Source: Methylophaga frappieri
GTDB lineage: Bacteria; Pseudomonadota; Gammaproteobacteria; Nitrosococcales; Methylophagaceae
Assembly (NCBI RefSeq): GCF_000260965.1
Contig: NC_017856.1
Coordinates: 300,001 to 332,000 of the forward strand
Length of the DNA: 32,000 nucleotides
Direction of reading: 5' to 3'
The position numbers and the translations under genes were made by a program. Under the pieces are notes generated by a model. The model had not been told where the DNA came from. It saw only the letters and a list, made by a program, of their open reading frames with translations, and ran no database searches. This document shows positions 19,601-26,746 of the stretch, piece by piece (positions within the stretch are counted from its first letter, which is position 1; every line of letters starts with the position of its first letter).

Positions 19601-19875
19601 GACCCGCTGGCAAAGAACACGGCGGCTTCCTTTAGGATGTCTCGCTCTTGTTGGGCACGTTTAAGTTCACGTTTCAGACGGGCAACCTCGACCTGTAAAT
19701 CCTGCTCTGACTGCCGCTGCTTGCTTGGTTTTGAATAGAGCTTCATCCATTTGTATAGGCTTTTTGTACTGACGCCTAGACGGTTGGCGACGTCAGCAAC
19801 TTCATAGCCATGAATGGTGATTTGATTGACTGCTTCTTGCTTAAATTCGTCCGTGTATCGGATCCCTGTTCCCAT
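19579..19875 (-). CDS. IS3-family transposase OrfA (HTH + leucine zipper)
   Basis: 98 aa: YTDEFKQEAVNQ...GYEVADVANRLGVSTKSLYKWMK, then a coiled coil (LQVEVARLKRELKRAQQERDILKEAAVFFA). This is typical IS3 OrfA. Confidence 0.85.
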   Translation of the reverse strand: MGTGIRYTDEFKQEAVNQITIHGYEVADVANRLGVSTKSLYKWMKLYSKPSKQRQSEQDLQVEVARLKRELKRAQQERDILKEAAVFFASGSKNATRS

Positions 19876-19906
19876 GTTTGACCTCTTATGGTTTTAGTTA
19901 CATTTT

Positions 19907-20362
19907 TTACCATAAAAAGTGTCTACTGTTCTCAGGCCTTACCAGTTTATTCTCCAAGAAAAATTTCTTACGCTGAGTAGTGATATATGCATTCTCTCGC
20001 TCGCTACCGTTTTGATACCAGTGCCCATCTGCAAAAGTTACCTGTCCATACCAATCTTTGAGCTCGATGACCAGGATATTGTGATGAGTAATAATGACGA
20101 GGTCATACTCACCCTCGTAGTCTTTACCCTTTTTATTCTTCCCTGCGAATCGAAAGCCAGCATAGCCTTTCCAAGGAAACATATTCGAAACACCAGCTGC
20201 TTGTAATGCAGTTGCTAAACTGTTCCCACTATAGCGGATGTTTTGTTGCTCAGCATTACCACTGCCTGTTTGAACAAAAGCACGTGAGATCCGGTCAAGA
20301 GCTCTTTCCTCGTGCAACTCCAGACCGCCAGGATAGCGTTTGATTTCCATTTTCTCTTCCAT
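19907..20362 (-). pseudogene. NERD (nuclease-related domain) protein gene, interrupted by the IS3 element after about codon 140
   Basis: The NERD core is GEYDLVIITHHNILVIELKDW. The last 11 codons (VRPENSRHFLW-stop) are read from the IS left inverted repeat, which begins at 19943. Confidence 0.65.
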
Positions 20363-20800
20363 ATTTAGTCCATTGAGCCGCTAACCGATGATCGGGTGCT
20401 TGAATATCAGTAGCTTGATTAATTCTGTTTTATGGTGTCATCCAAAAGACGATAGCTCAAAAACTCTATCTCAACTATAAGAACGACTCAACACTGAAGA
20501 TTCTGAAGTTATCGAGATATGGTGACTTTAATCTTTGCTTAAAAGAAAACAACAAAGTCTGCCCTGTAAACGTAAATTTAGAATCTCCAAATTTTATACG
20601 TTTTTAAAACTAATCAGTGCTGTGCTAGCAAGTAATTTCAGAACTCTAGATACAAAAATGATACCCAAACTGGTACATAGCTTGGTACACAAAACTAGCA
20701 TTTTGGAAAATAAACCGTTAATATATAACTAAAATAACGCCGATAAGCGACTGTTTTTATTGGTAGTAAGTTTATTTGTCAAGGTTTTAACAAGTGGTTC

Positions 20801-20831
20801 AGTGTGGGGTCGATTCCCACCCTCGGTACCA
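20801..20831. repeat. attR-like direct repeat (orphan copy of the tRNA-Leu 3' end)
   Basis: AGTGTGGGGTCGATTCCCACCCTCGGTACCA matches 14531-14561 at 30 of 31 positions. There is no upstream tRNA body, so it is not a second tRNA gene. Confidence 0.85.
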
Positions 20832-20885
20832 CTTTAACGTATCAATATCACCATTTTTTTGGGTTTAACGGGTTTTGTGTGGCGG

Positions 20886-21671
20886 TTAAAAACGCCAGAC
20901 AACCAGCCCTTGGACAGCACGTTCATCGCTATCATCACCCAGCTTGTTTTGCCACCATTGGTATTCGATACCGGCAAACAGAACGTCTTGCCGGTTAAAT
21001 AAGGCATACCCCATATCCCAACGAAACTGGGGTTGAGCAAGGATCCAATGCCTGACCGGTGAACCAAATTCATCATGCCGGCTACCGATGTATTCGATAT
21101 GCCCTTCAAATGAGAATCGCTGCTGGCCTAACGTAAAAGGCACCCCCCAGTTAACATCAATCATATAACTGTCAGATTCTTTTGGCGCGCCTCCATTACG
21201 CAGGCCTTTGCTGTCATCAATATAGGCCGTAATGTCAGTATTAAAAAAATGAAACCCCGGCAAACGCCATGAAAAACGAAGGCCTGGCAAATACTTCAAC
21301 ACCTTTGCTTCTCGGGCGTAGTTAATACCACCAATGATGCTGACATCTTTTAACCATCCGAGCGTCAAATCACGACCCGACATTTTGCTCAGACTCAAGG
21401 CACCGTAGTATTCAAGATACAGATCGTTATCATTGAAACCGTCATCCCGGTCATCATTGAGGTAATCAGCAAAGAAAAAATGTTCGCCATATTGCCAGCC
21501 ACTTGCGTGCTGTAAAGTCAGAATATCGGTCTGACTTTTTACGCCACCAGCAAACCCCGGGCTTTTCAGCGCACCACGTTGCCACTGCAACTCCGTCACT
21601 GACCAATCCAGCGCCATCACCCTGCCGGGCGACATTAATATCATGAGTAAGAGTAGCGCGGTGTATTTCAT
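20886..21671 (-). CDS. outer-membrane beta-barrel protein, Tsx/OmpK-like
   Basis: I prefer the ATG at 21671 (MKYTALLLLMILMSPGRVMA, a signal peptide) over the ORF-track start, which overlaps the upstream gene. The sequence shows alternating aromatic/polar beta-strand patterning, many Trp/Tyr/Asp residues, and a C-terminal ...GLVVWRF with terminal Phe. Confidence 0.65.
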   Translation of the reverse strand: MKYTALLLLMILMSPGRVMALDWSVTELQWQRGALKSPGFAGGVKSQTDILTLQHASGWQYGEHFFFADYLNDDRDDGFNDNDLYLEYYGALSLSKMSGRDLTLGWLKDVSIIGGINYAREAKVLKYLPGLRFSWRLPGFHFFNTDITAYIDDSKGLRNGGAPKESDSYMIDVNWGVPFTLGQQRFSFEGHIEYIGSRHDEFGSPVRHWILAQPQFRWDMGYALFNRQDVLFAGIEYQWWQNKLGDDSDERAVQGLVVWRF

Positions 21672-21694
21672 AAAACCGTTATCTCGGCCTCTTT

Positions 21695-23680
21695 CTATGA
21701 CAGACAAAAACCAATCACACAAATATCATCTCGTTGAGCGTAAGCATCGGCCTTCCAACTATCAAGAAAATGTCGAATCGCCTCACCTTGCTCGGCCAGC
21801 GGATAGCTATTAGCAGAACGAATTGCCGCTTCAAAATCTTTAAAGCGTAGCCCGTAGCCATTATCACCACCCGGCTGATCCAGATAGCCATCCGTTGTCA
21901 GATAAAAATTCAGCCCCTGACAATCTGTTAGCACGGTATCAGTAAAAATATGTGGCTTTCGGCCCACTAATTGACGACGTGCCCCTTTGTATTCTGTCAA
22001 CGCCTGCCCATTCCAAGCGTAAAGCGATAATTTAGCACCCGAAAACGTCACTTTCTGGTCTTGGCTATCCATGACCACCAATCCGGCATCCATATTGGTA
22101 GCGAGCCCCCTTGGCAGTTCAAGATCCAACAGCATACCTCTAAGCACCTCATCCATTTTCTGTAACAAGGCCGCCGGTGATTGTAAGCCATGTTCACGAA
22201 TCGCATGATCCAGGGCTGCTCTTGCCAGCATGGTCATTAAAGCACCAGGCACACCATGTCCAGCACAATCTACTAATCCTAGCAGCTGTTGTTTGCCAGC
22301 TTGATGATACACATAGAAGTCGCCCCCGACGGTGTCGCGCGGCAGCCAGACAATGCAACACTGGCCAGACAGATTTCGCTGCATGGTCATGTCCGGCAGA
22401 ATGGCTTGTTGTATCAACCGGGCATAATCAATCGAGTCATTAACCATTTTATTGATTAAGGCAATCTCGCGACTGCTCTCTTGCAAGTCGCGTGTGCGTT
22501 CCTGCACCTTTGATTCAAGCTCATGGGTGTGCGATTGAATAGTTTGTATCATTTGCGAAAAGGCACGAGACAAGTCACCAATCTCATCACTGGTTTGCGC
22601 AGGAAGATTGACGTCATACTGTCCTTGAGCCAGCGCATTAGCAGAGCTTTGCAACTTGCTGAGTGGCTGAATCAAGATACGCTGCACCGAAACGGCTAAG
22701 GCAAGGATAATCAGTAAAATAACAGCGCCCACCCCCAGTAAGATGGTATACCACCATTTGCCACTCACCACTTCAGCAACATCCAGATTGATTAATGACG
22801 CAACATACCAGTCCAGTTCGGCAATAAAGGTCATCACCAACAAATGGGGCGTACCGTCAACATCGACATCGACCAGTTGAACCGTTTCTGTGTTTCGCTG
22901 GTTAAGTAACTCTGACACCGTCGCCTGATCGGCTAACGAGACCAGATCGGACAGTTGCTTACCCTGGTTATCCAGTCCCGCCCCGCTACCATAAGCAATT
23001 AACGATGCATCAGGATGGGCCTGAATAAACCCCTCCGTATCTACCGCCATCGTCGTCACCCCGGCCTCACTTTGCAGCAATTGGCTTATGAAGCGGGTTA
23101 GGTCAAGCCCGGTCCCGACCAGGCCAAGTTTTTGTCCTTCAGCAAAAACCGGTACATTAAACCAAACTCGGGTGGTGCCCAGTTGTTGATCTGGGTTGAC
23201 ATTAATACTGTATTTTTCATCACTGGCCATGATGTTAAAAAACCAGCCATCATCAAGCTTGTCTGAGGACAGCTGATAGCTTGGCGTTTGGGCAGTCATT
23301 TCACCACTATCATCAAAATAATAGTTTTTGCTCTGTGCATGAATCGCAAAATACGCTTGCTCATCAAAACTCTGCCGATAGGAATTAGCTTCCATAAAAA
23401 AGGCGGCGGCCTTATTTTGGTTAGTTTCTTCGGCAAACCAGTCTCGAGTAACGCTGGCACGCGCAAACTGCTGACTTAACAGCAGCTCCCGACTGACTGG
23501 TGCCCGAATTTTATAACGATTCAGTTCCGCCAGATTTTCAGCATAATTAATGGCCAGATCTTTGTGCACTTGCTGAAAAACCTGCCAGGTAATCAGACTT
23601 GCTGGCAAAAGAATAATCAATAGCACCAGAATGAGTGCCGTCAGCGCCTTATTGCGCAGCCCCATTTTCAACAATGCCAT
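21695..23680 (-). CDS. membrane-bound PP2C/SpoIIE-type phosphatase with periplasmic sensor and HAMP (SiaA-like)
   Basis: 661 aa. TM1 is followed by a ~280-aa periplasmic region, TM2, and HAMP (PLSKLQSSANALAQGQYDVNL...DEIGDLSRAFSQMIQTI). The PP2C motifs are GGDFYVY and VDCAGHGVPGA. Confidence 0.8.
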   Translation of the reverse strand: MALLKMGLRNKALTALILVLLIILLPASLITWQVFQQVHKDLAINYAENLAELNRYKIRAPVSRELLLSQQFARASVTRDWFAEETNQNKAAAFFMEANSYRQSFDEQAYFAIHAQSKNYYFDDSGEMTAQTPSYQLSSDKLDDGWFFNIMASDEKYSINVNPDQQLGTTRVWFNVPVFAEGQKLGLVGTGLDLTRFISQLLQSEAGVTTMAVDTEGFIQAHPDASLIAYGSGAGLDNQGKQLSDLVSLADQATVSELLNQRNTETVQLVDVDVDGTPHLLVMTFIAELDWYVASLINLDVAEVVSGKWWYTILLGVGAVILLIILALAVSVQRILIQPLSKLQSSANALAQGQYDVNLPAQTSDEIGDLSRAFSQMIQTIQSHTHELESKVQERTRDLQESSREIALINKMVNDSIDYARLIQQAILPDMTMQRNLSGQCCIVWLPRDTVGGDFYVYHQAGKQQLLGLVDCAGHGVPGALMTMLARAALDHAIREHGLQSPAALLQKMDEVLRGMLLDLELPRGLATNMDAGLVVMDSQDQKVTFSGAKLSLYAWNGQALTEYKGARRQLVGRKPHIFTDTVLTDCQGLNFYLTTDGYLDQPGGDNGYGLRFKDFEAAIRSANSYPLAEQGEAIRHFLDSWKADAYAQRDDICVIGFCLS

Positions 23681-23709
23681 GTTTTCGGTGTCTCCCGCGC
23701 CTGCATGCT

Positions 23710-24531
23710 TCAGGCAATTCGAATACAGTTACGACCAGCCTGCTTGGCCTGATATAAGGCATCATCAGCACGTTTGATGGTTTCATCAAAGCTTTCATTG
23801 GTCTGGAAAACCGTCATCCCGGCACTGAAAGTAATCTCGTTTATGACTGTGAAATCAAGGTTATTCCCCGGTAAGTGTGTTTGCCATGGAATAGCGCGAA
23901 CCTCATGTAAAATACGCTCTACCATTTGCTCAGCCGATTCCAGTGCCAGATCTGGCACAATCAGTAGAAACTCCTCACCGCCCCAGCGACTGCAAACATC
24001 TGTTTTTCTGGCGCCTTTTTTGAGAACTTTCGCAACGACTTTCAGTACCATGTCGCCGAGCTCATGACCGAACTTGTCATTAATCGCTTTAAAATGATCA
24101 ATATCAATCAGTGCCAAGCAAAAAGGCGTCTGTTTACGTTGGTAAATCGCTTCCAGTTCTTTTAAACGATTGATGGCAAAACGCCGGTTAGGCAGATCCG
24201 TGAGCAAATCATGTTGCGCGTGGTATTCAAGTTGCTCATTCATATCAACCATATTTTTCTGATACATATCAGAGATACGAGCAATTTTTTGCAGGCGGCG
24301 GAGTTGCTTGCCAAACTGCTCACGCAACTCACTATTTTCTTGAAATGTCAGGCCGTCAAACGCATCGGAAATACGCATAAGTTTTTGCAACTGTCGCTTG
24401 TGTTCCTGCGTTTCGTCGTATAACCGTTTCACCACCGGCATCAGCGGATTATCATTGAGTTTCGGATCTTGAAGAATCCGCTCAATTTCCGGATCTTGAG
24501 GCATTAATTTTGCAGAAGATTGTTTTGTCAA
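23710..24531 (-). CDS. diguanylate cyclase (GGDEF) with coiled-coil N-terminus (SiaD-like)
   Basis: 273 aa. The active site GGEEF is intact and an RxxD I-site (RKTD) lies five residues upstream. Also present: DIDHFKAINDKFGH. Confidence 0.85.
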   Translation of the reverse strand: MTKQSSAKLMPQDPEIERILQDPKLNDNPLMPVVKRLYDETQEHKRQLQKLMRISDAFDGLTFQENSELREQFGKQLRRLQKIARISDMYQKNMVDMNEQLEYHAQHDLLTDLPNRRFAINRLKELEAIYQRKQTPFCLALIDIDHFKAINDKFGHELGDMVLKVVAKVLKKGARKTDVCSRWGGEEFLLIVPDLALESAEQMVERILHEVRAIPWQTHLPGNNLDFTVINEITFSAGMTVFQTNESFDETIKRADDALYQAKQAGRNCIRIA

Positions 24532-24563
24532 AACTGACCTGCCAATTTGGTTGTTACGCGCTA

Positions 24564-24944
24564 TTATCTGGCTTGTATTCTGAAAGGAAAGCTGCAGTCT
24601 TCCATAAATTCTTCAACCATTTCGACCACGCGCTCATTCAACGGATCGTAAAACCAAACCACTTCCATTTGTTTACCTTCCGTATAAGCCTCTTCCATCA
24701 TATCAAACAGATCCATCATCGCTTTAACACTACTGGTGTTCATATAAGCGATCTGTAGTTGCATCATCAGGACGCGATCCGACTCATTCAGAAACTGCTC
24801 TACCCAATCAAACACCGGCGTAAAAAACTCGTACGAGTTTTCAGGGTAAGAGTCGCCTTCAATAACAAATTTGCCCGTATCCGGTTCAGCCAGGACATGG
24901 GGTGTATTTTTAGTTTGTTCTAAACTTAATGTTTGCAAATTCAT
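24564..24944 (-). CDS. DUF1987 / SiaC-like partner-switching protein
   Basis: 126 aa. The start TPHVLAEPDTGKFVIEGDSYPENSYEFFTPVFDWVEQFL matches my recollection of the DUF1987 family. It is encoded between the kinase-like and GGDEF genes. Confidence 0.6.
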   Translation of the reverse strand: MNLQTLSLEQTKNTPHVLAEPDTGKFVIEGDSYPENSYEFFTPVFDWVEQFLNESDRVLMMQLQIAYMNTSSVKAMMDLFDMMEEAYTEGKQMEVVWFYDPLNERVVEMVEEFMEDCSFPFRIQAR

Positions 24945-24958
24945 AACTGTTCTTAGCG

Positions 24959-25498
24959 TCAGATTGTTGCCAGTATACTTAAAAAAGCCTTGCCCTGACC
25001 GGCATCATTTAAGGAGCATGACAAGGGCGCTGAAGATTTTCGGCTAATGTCGATAAGGCCAAGTCCTGCTCCTGATCGGGTCGTTTTATCACGCGGCATT
25101 CGCAGCTGCTTTTTGAAAGCCGCTTTCAGTTCGACTTTATCTAGAGTTGATAAGGATTCGATTTGTCGCACCATTGTTTGTCCGTCTTCTGGCTCGATAA
25201 TATTGCCCGCCATCACTTGATAACCAGTACCATTATGCGCAACGACAACCGTGGCAGAGCTTAACAATTCGGAGTAGCCCTGCTCCTGCGCGTAATGACG
25301 AATATTTTGGGTCAGTTCGATATAGACGCCAAATACATCCATGGCCAGAGTTGGCTCCGTCGCTTCCGTATGCAAATGGTTTTTTAACGCGTCGCCAAGC
25401 TCTTGAATCAGGCCGCTGGATATGGGGCCGTTAAAACACAGCAGGATATTTTTTTCGTTTAACTCCTGCCGTAATGTCAACAGATTAATCGATTGCAT
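24959..25498 (-). CDS. SiaB-like anti-sigma-type serine/threonine kinase (HATPase-like fold)
   Basis: The ORF track gives 24959-25708, but the first 70 codons overlap bfr and its terminator. The ATG at 25498 (MQSINLLTLRQEL...) has an AGGA 7 nt upstream and gives 179 aa. A G-box-like GAGLGLIDISRKS lies near the C-terminus. Confidence 0.6.
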   Translation of the reverse strand: MQSINLLTLRQELNEKNILLCFNGPISSGLIQELGDALKNHLHTEATEPTLAMDVFGVYIELTQNIRHYAQEQGYSELLSSATVVVAHNGTGYQVMAGNIIEPEDGQTMVRQIESLSTLDKVELKAAFKKQLRMPRDKTTRSGAGLGLIDISRKSSAPLSCSLNDAGQGKAFLSILATI

Positions 25499-25591
25499 TA
25501 TGCATCCTGATTGGGTGGGTAAACTCCGAACTACTATACAACATTCAAATCTTAGCAACCTACTCGCTTGGTATTTTCTGAGATGATAGAC

Positions 25592-25622
25592 AAAAAAAAT
25601 CCCGAACCAGAGTTCGGGATTC
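25592..25622 (-). terminator. rho-independent terminator after bfr
   Basis: The minus strand reads AATCCCGAAC-TCTG-GTTCGGGATT followed by TTTTTTT. The 10-bp stem begins 28 nt after the bfr stop. Confidence 0.85.
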
Positions 25623-25649
25623 AAATGGCCTAGGTTTGTAAACTTTTTG

Positions 25650-26129
25650 TTATTCTGCTTCTTTGACGATTTGTGCCTGATGAAAGTTTTCAATACCCAT
25701 TTTGTCAATTAATCCTAACTGCGTTTCTAACCAATCGACATGTTCTTCTTCGGACTCCAGAATATGTTTCATCAGATCACGACTGACATAATCACCCGTC
25801 TGTTCACAATACTGGATCCCTGCTTTCAAATCAGGGATCGCATCCAGCTCTAAGGAAAGATCGGCTTCAAGCATCTCCCGTGTGTTTTCCCCAATGCGCA
25901 ACGCGCCGAGATCTTGCAGATTGGGCAGCCCCTCAAGAAATAAAATACGCTCGGTCAGCATATCCGCATGCTTCATTTCATCGATGGATTCATGATATTC
26001 ATGCTCATAAAGGTTTTTCAGCCCCCAATCCTTGTATATTTTGGCATGCAGAAAATACTGATTTATCGCGATCAGTTCGTTTCCTAACACCTTGTTTAAA
26101 ATCTCAATAACTTTTGTGTCACCTTTCAT
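25650..26129 (-). CDS. bfr: bacterioferritin
   Basis: 159 aa: [36 protein letters not shown]...[15 protein letters not shown]. The ferroxidase ligands and the haem Met context are conserved. Confidence 0.93.
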   Translation of the reverse strand: MKGDTKVIEILNKVLGNELIAINQYFLHAKIYKDWGLKNLYEHEYHESIDEMKHADMLTERILFLEGLPNLQDLGALRIGENTREMLEADLSLELDAIPDLKAGIQYCEQTGDYVSRDLMKHILESEEEHVDWLETQLGLIDKMGIENFHQAQIVKEAE

Positions 26130-26210
26130 GACGGTTTCCCTCTAACATCTGACACGACAATTATCGCTATTTTGCTGCAAATGTCAAAGCTAAGTTATTG
26201 ATATTTAAAG

Positions 26211-26230
26211 GCAATGATAATAATTCTCAT
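26211..26230. promoter_or_regulatory. Fur-box-like site upstream of bfr
   Basis: GCAATGATAATAATTCTCAT. My alignment matches the GATAATGATAATCATTATC consensus at 14 of 17 positions. The site is 82-101 nt upstream of the bfr ATG. Confidence 0.5.
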
Positions 26231-26334
26231 ATCGAATAGGCCTTAAAAAACGGACTGATTTTCGATATCAAGTTTAACTGGCTGCTTGCCAGCTCAGGAG
26301 GGTAAGACTAAAAGAAGTTTATTAAAGAGAAAGT

Positions 26335-26350
26335 CCGCTTTAAACAGCGG
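26335..26350 (-). terminator. possible weak terminator after bfd
   Basis: CCGCT-TTAAAC-AGCGG hairpin 25 nt after the bfd stop, followed on the minus strand by ACTTTCTCTTT. The stem is short. Confidence 0.3.
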
Positions 26351-26374
26351 TAAATCAAGTAGATAAGAGTAAAA

Positions 26375-26596
26375 TCAGGAGCGTATTGCGGTTTTTACTG
26401 CGCATTGCTGCTCAGTAAAAGTGCTATTTTCTGCAGGCGCATGTTGTTGCAACACTCGATTCACTTTGAAAAGACATTTACCGCAACAAGTTGAAGCAAG
26501 GGTTTCTTCACGGATACGATCAACGGTATCTGCGCCACAATCAATGGCAGATTTTATCTTGCTGACGTTTACGTTGTGGCAAACACAAATGATCAT
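26375..26596 (-). CDS. bfd: bacterioferritin-associated ferredoxin ([2Fe-2S])
   Basis: 73 aa. MIICVCHNV... and ...CCGKC provide the four Cys ligands (C4, C6, C37/C38, C41 pattern). It lies upstream of bfr. Confidence 0.85.
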   Translation of the reverse strand: MIICVCHNVNVSKIKSAIDCGADTVDRIREETLASTCCGKCLFKVNRVLQQHAPAENSTFTEQQCAVKTAIRS

Positions 26597-26620
26597 AGAA
26601 AAAGCCTAAGTAACTTAAAC

Positions 26621-26643
26621 TAAATGATAATGATTGTTATTAT
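26621..26643. promoter_or_regulatory. Fur-box-like site in the bfd / response-regulator divergent spacer
   Basis: TAAATGATAATGATTGTTATTAT. The AATGATAAT core is perfect and about 13 of 19 positions match the consensus. The site is 25-47 nt upstream of the bfd ATG. Confidence 0.55.
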
Positions 26644-26746
26644 TTTAGTCAATTTATTACCAGCTTATCTTTAACGAATGCAATCACTTGAAAGTCACCA
26701 TTAATCATCGTAATTTGACAAACAACCTCTTCAGGATACAGACACT

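Larger units (their letters stand above)
18704..19943 (-). mobile_element. IS3-family insertion sequence (1240 bp)
   Basis: The terminal inverted repeats are TGGTAAGGCCTGACTTATCTAGACACTTTT (18704-18733) and the reverse complement of 19914-19943, TGGTAAGGCCTGAGAACAGTAGACACTTTT. They match at 24 of 30 positions, with the outer 13 and inner 11 identical. The element has orfA plus a -1-frame orfB carrying a DDE transposase. The flanking triplets are GTC and GTT, so there is no perfect target duplication. Confidence 0.85.

Noticed and set aside
20535-20732. 65-aa plus-strand ORF in the AT-rich spacer upstream of the NERD gene
   Set aside because: It has a TTG start with no Shine-Dalgarno and a lysine-rich, low-complexity composition typical of AT-rich non-coding DNA. 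It lies on the opposite strand to all the island genes.
14562-20800. Search for an integrase, excisionase or recombinase gene or remnant within the island
   Set aside because: No ORF of 60 aa or more on either strand has tyrosine- or serine-recombinase motifs. Only a proper tblastn could find short remnants, so absence is reported as a finding rather than any feature being called.
20804-21109. ORFs 20804-20998 (+) and 20834-21109 (-) at the right edge of the island
   Set aside because: One starts inside the attR tRNA fragment. Both overlap the 3' part of the much longer, well-supported porin gene in other frames. They have no Shine-Dalgarno and no recognisable motifs.
25499-25708. N-terminal 70-codon extension of the SiaB-like ORF as drawn in the ORF track
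   Set aside because: The extension overlaps the bfr coding end and runs through the bfr terminator hairpin. The internal ATG at 25498 has a ribosome-binding site. Similar over-extensions were trimmed at 29783-30064, 21672-21722, 28746-28790 and 3764-3850.
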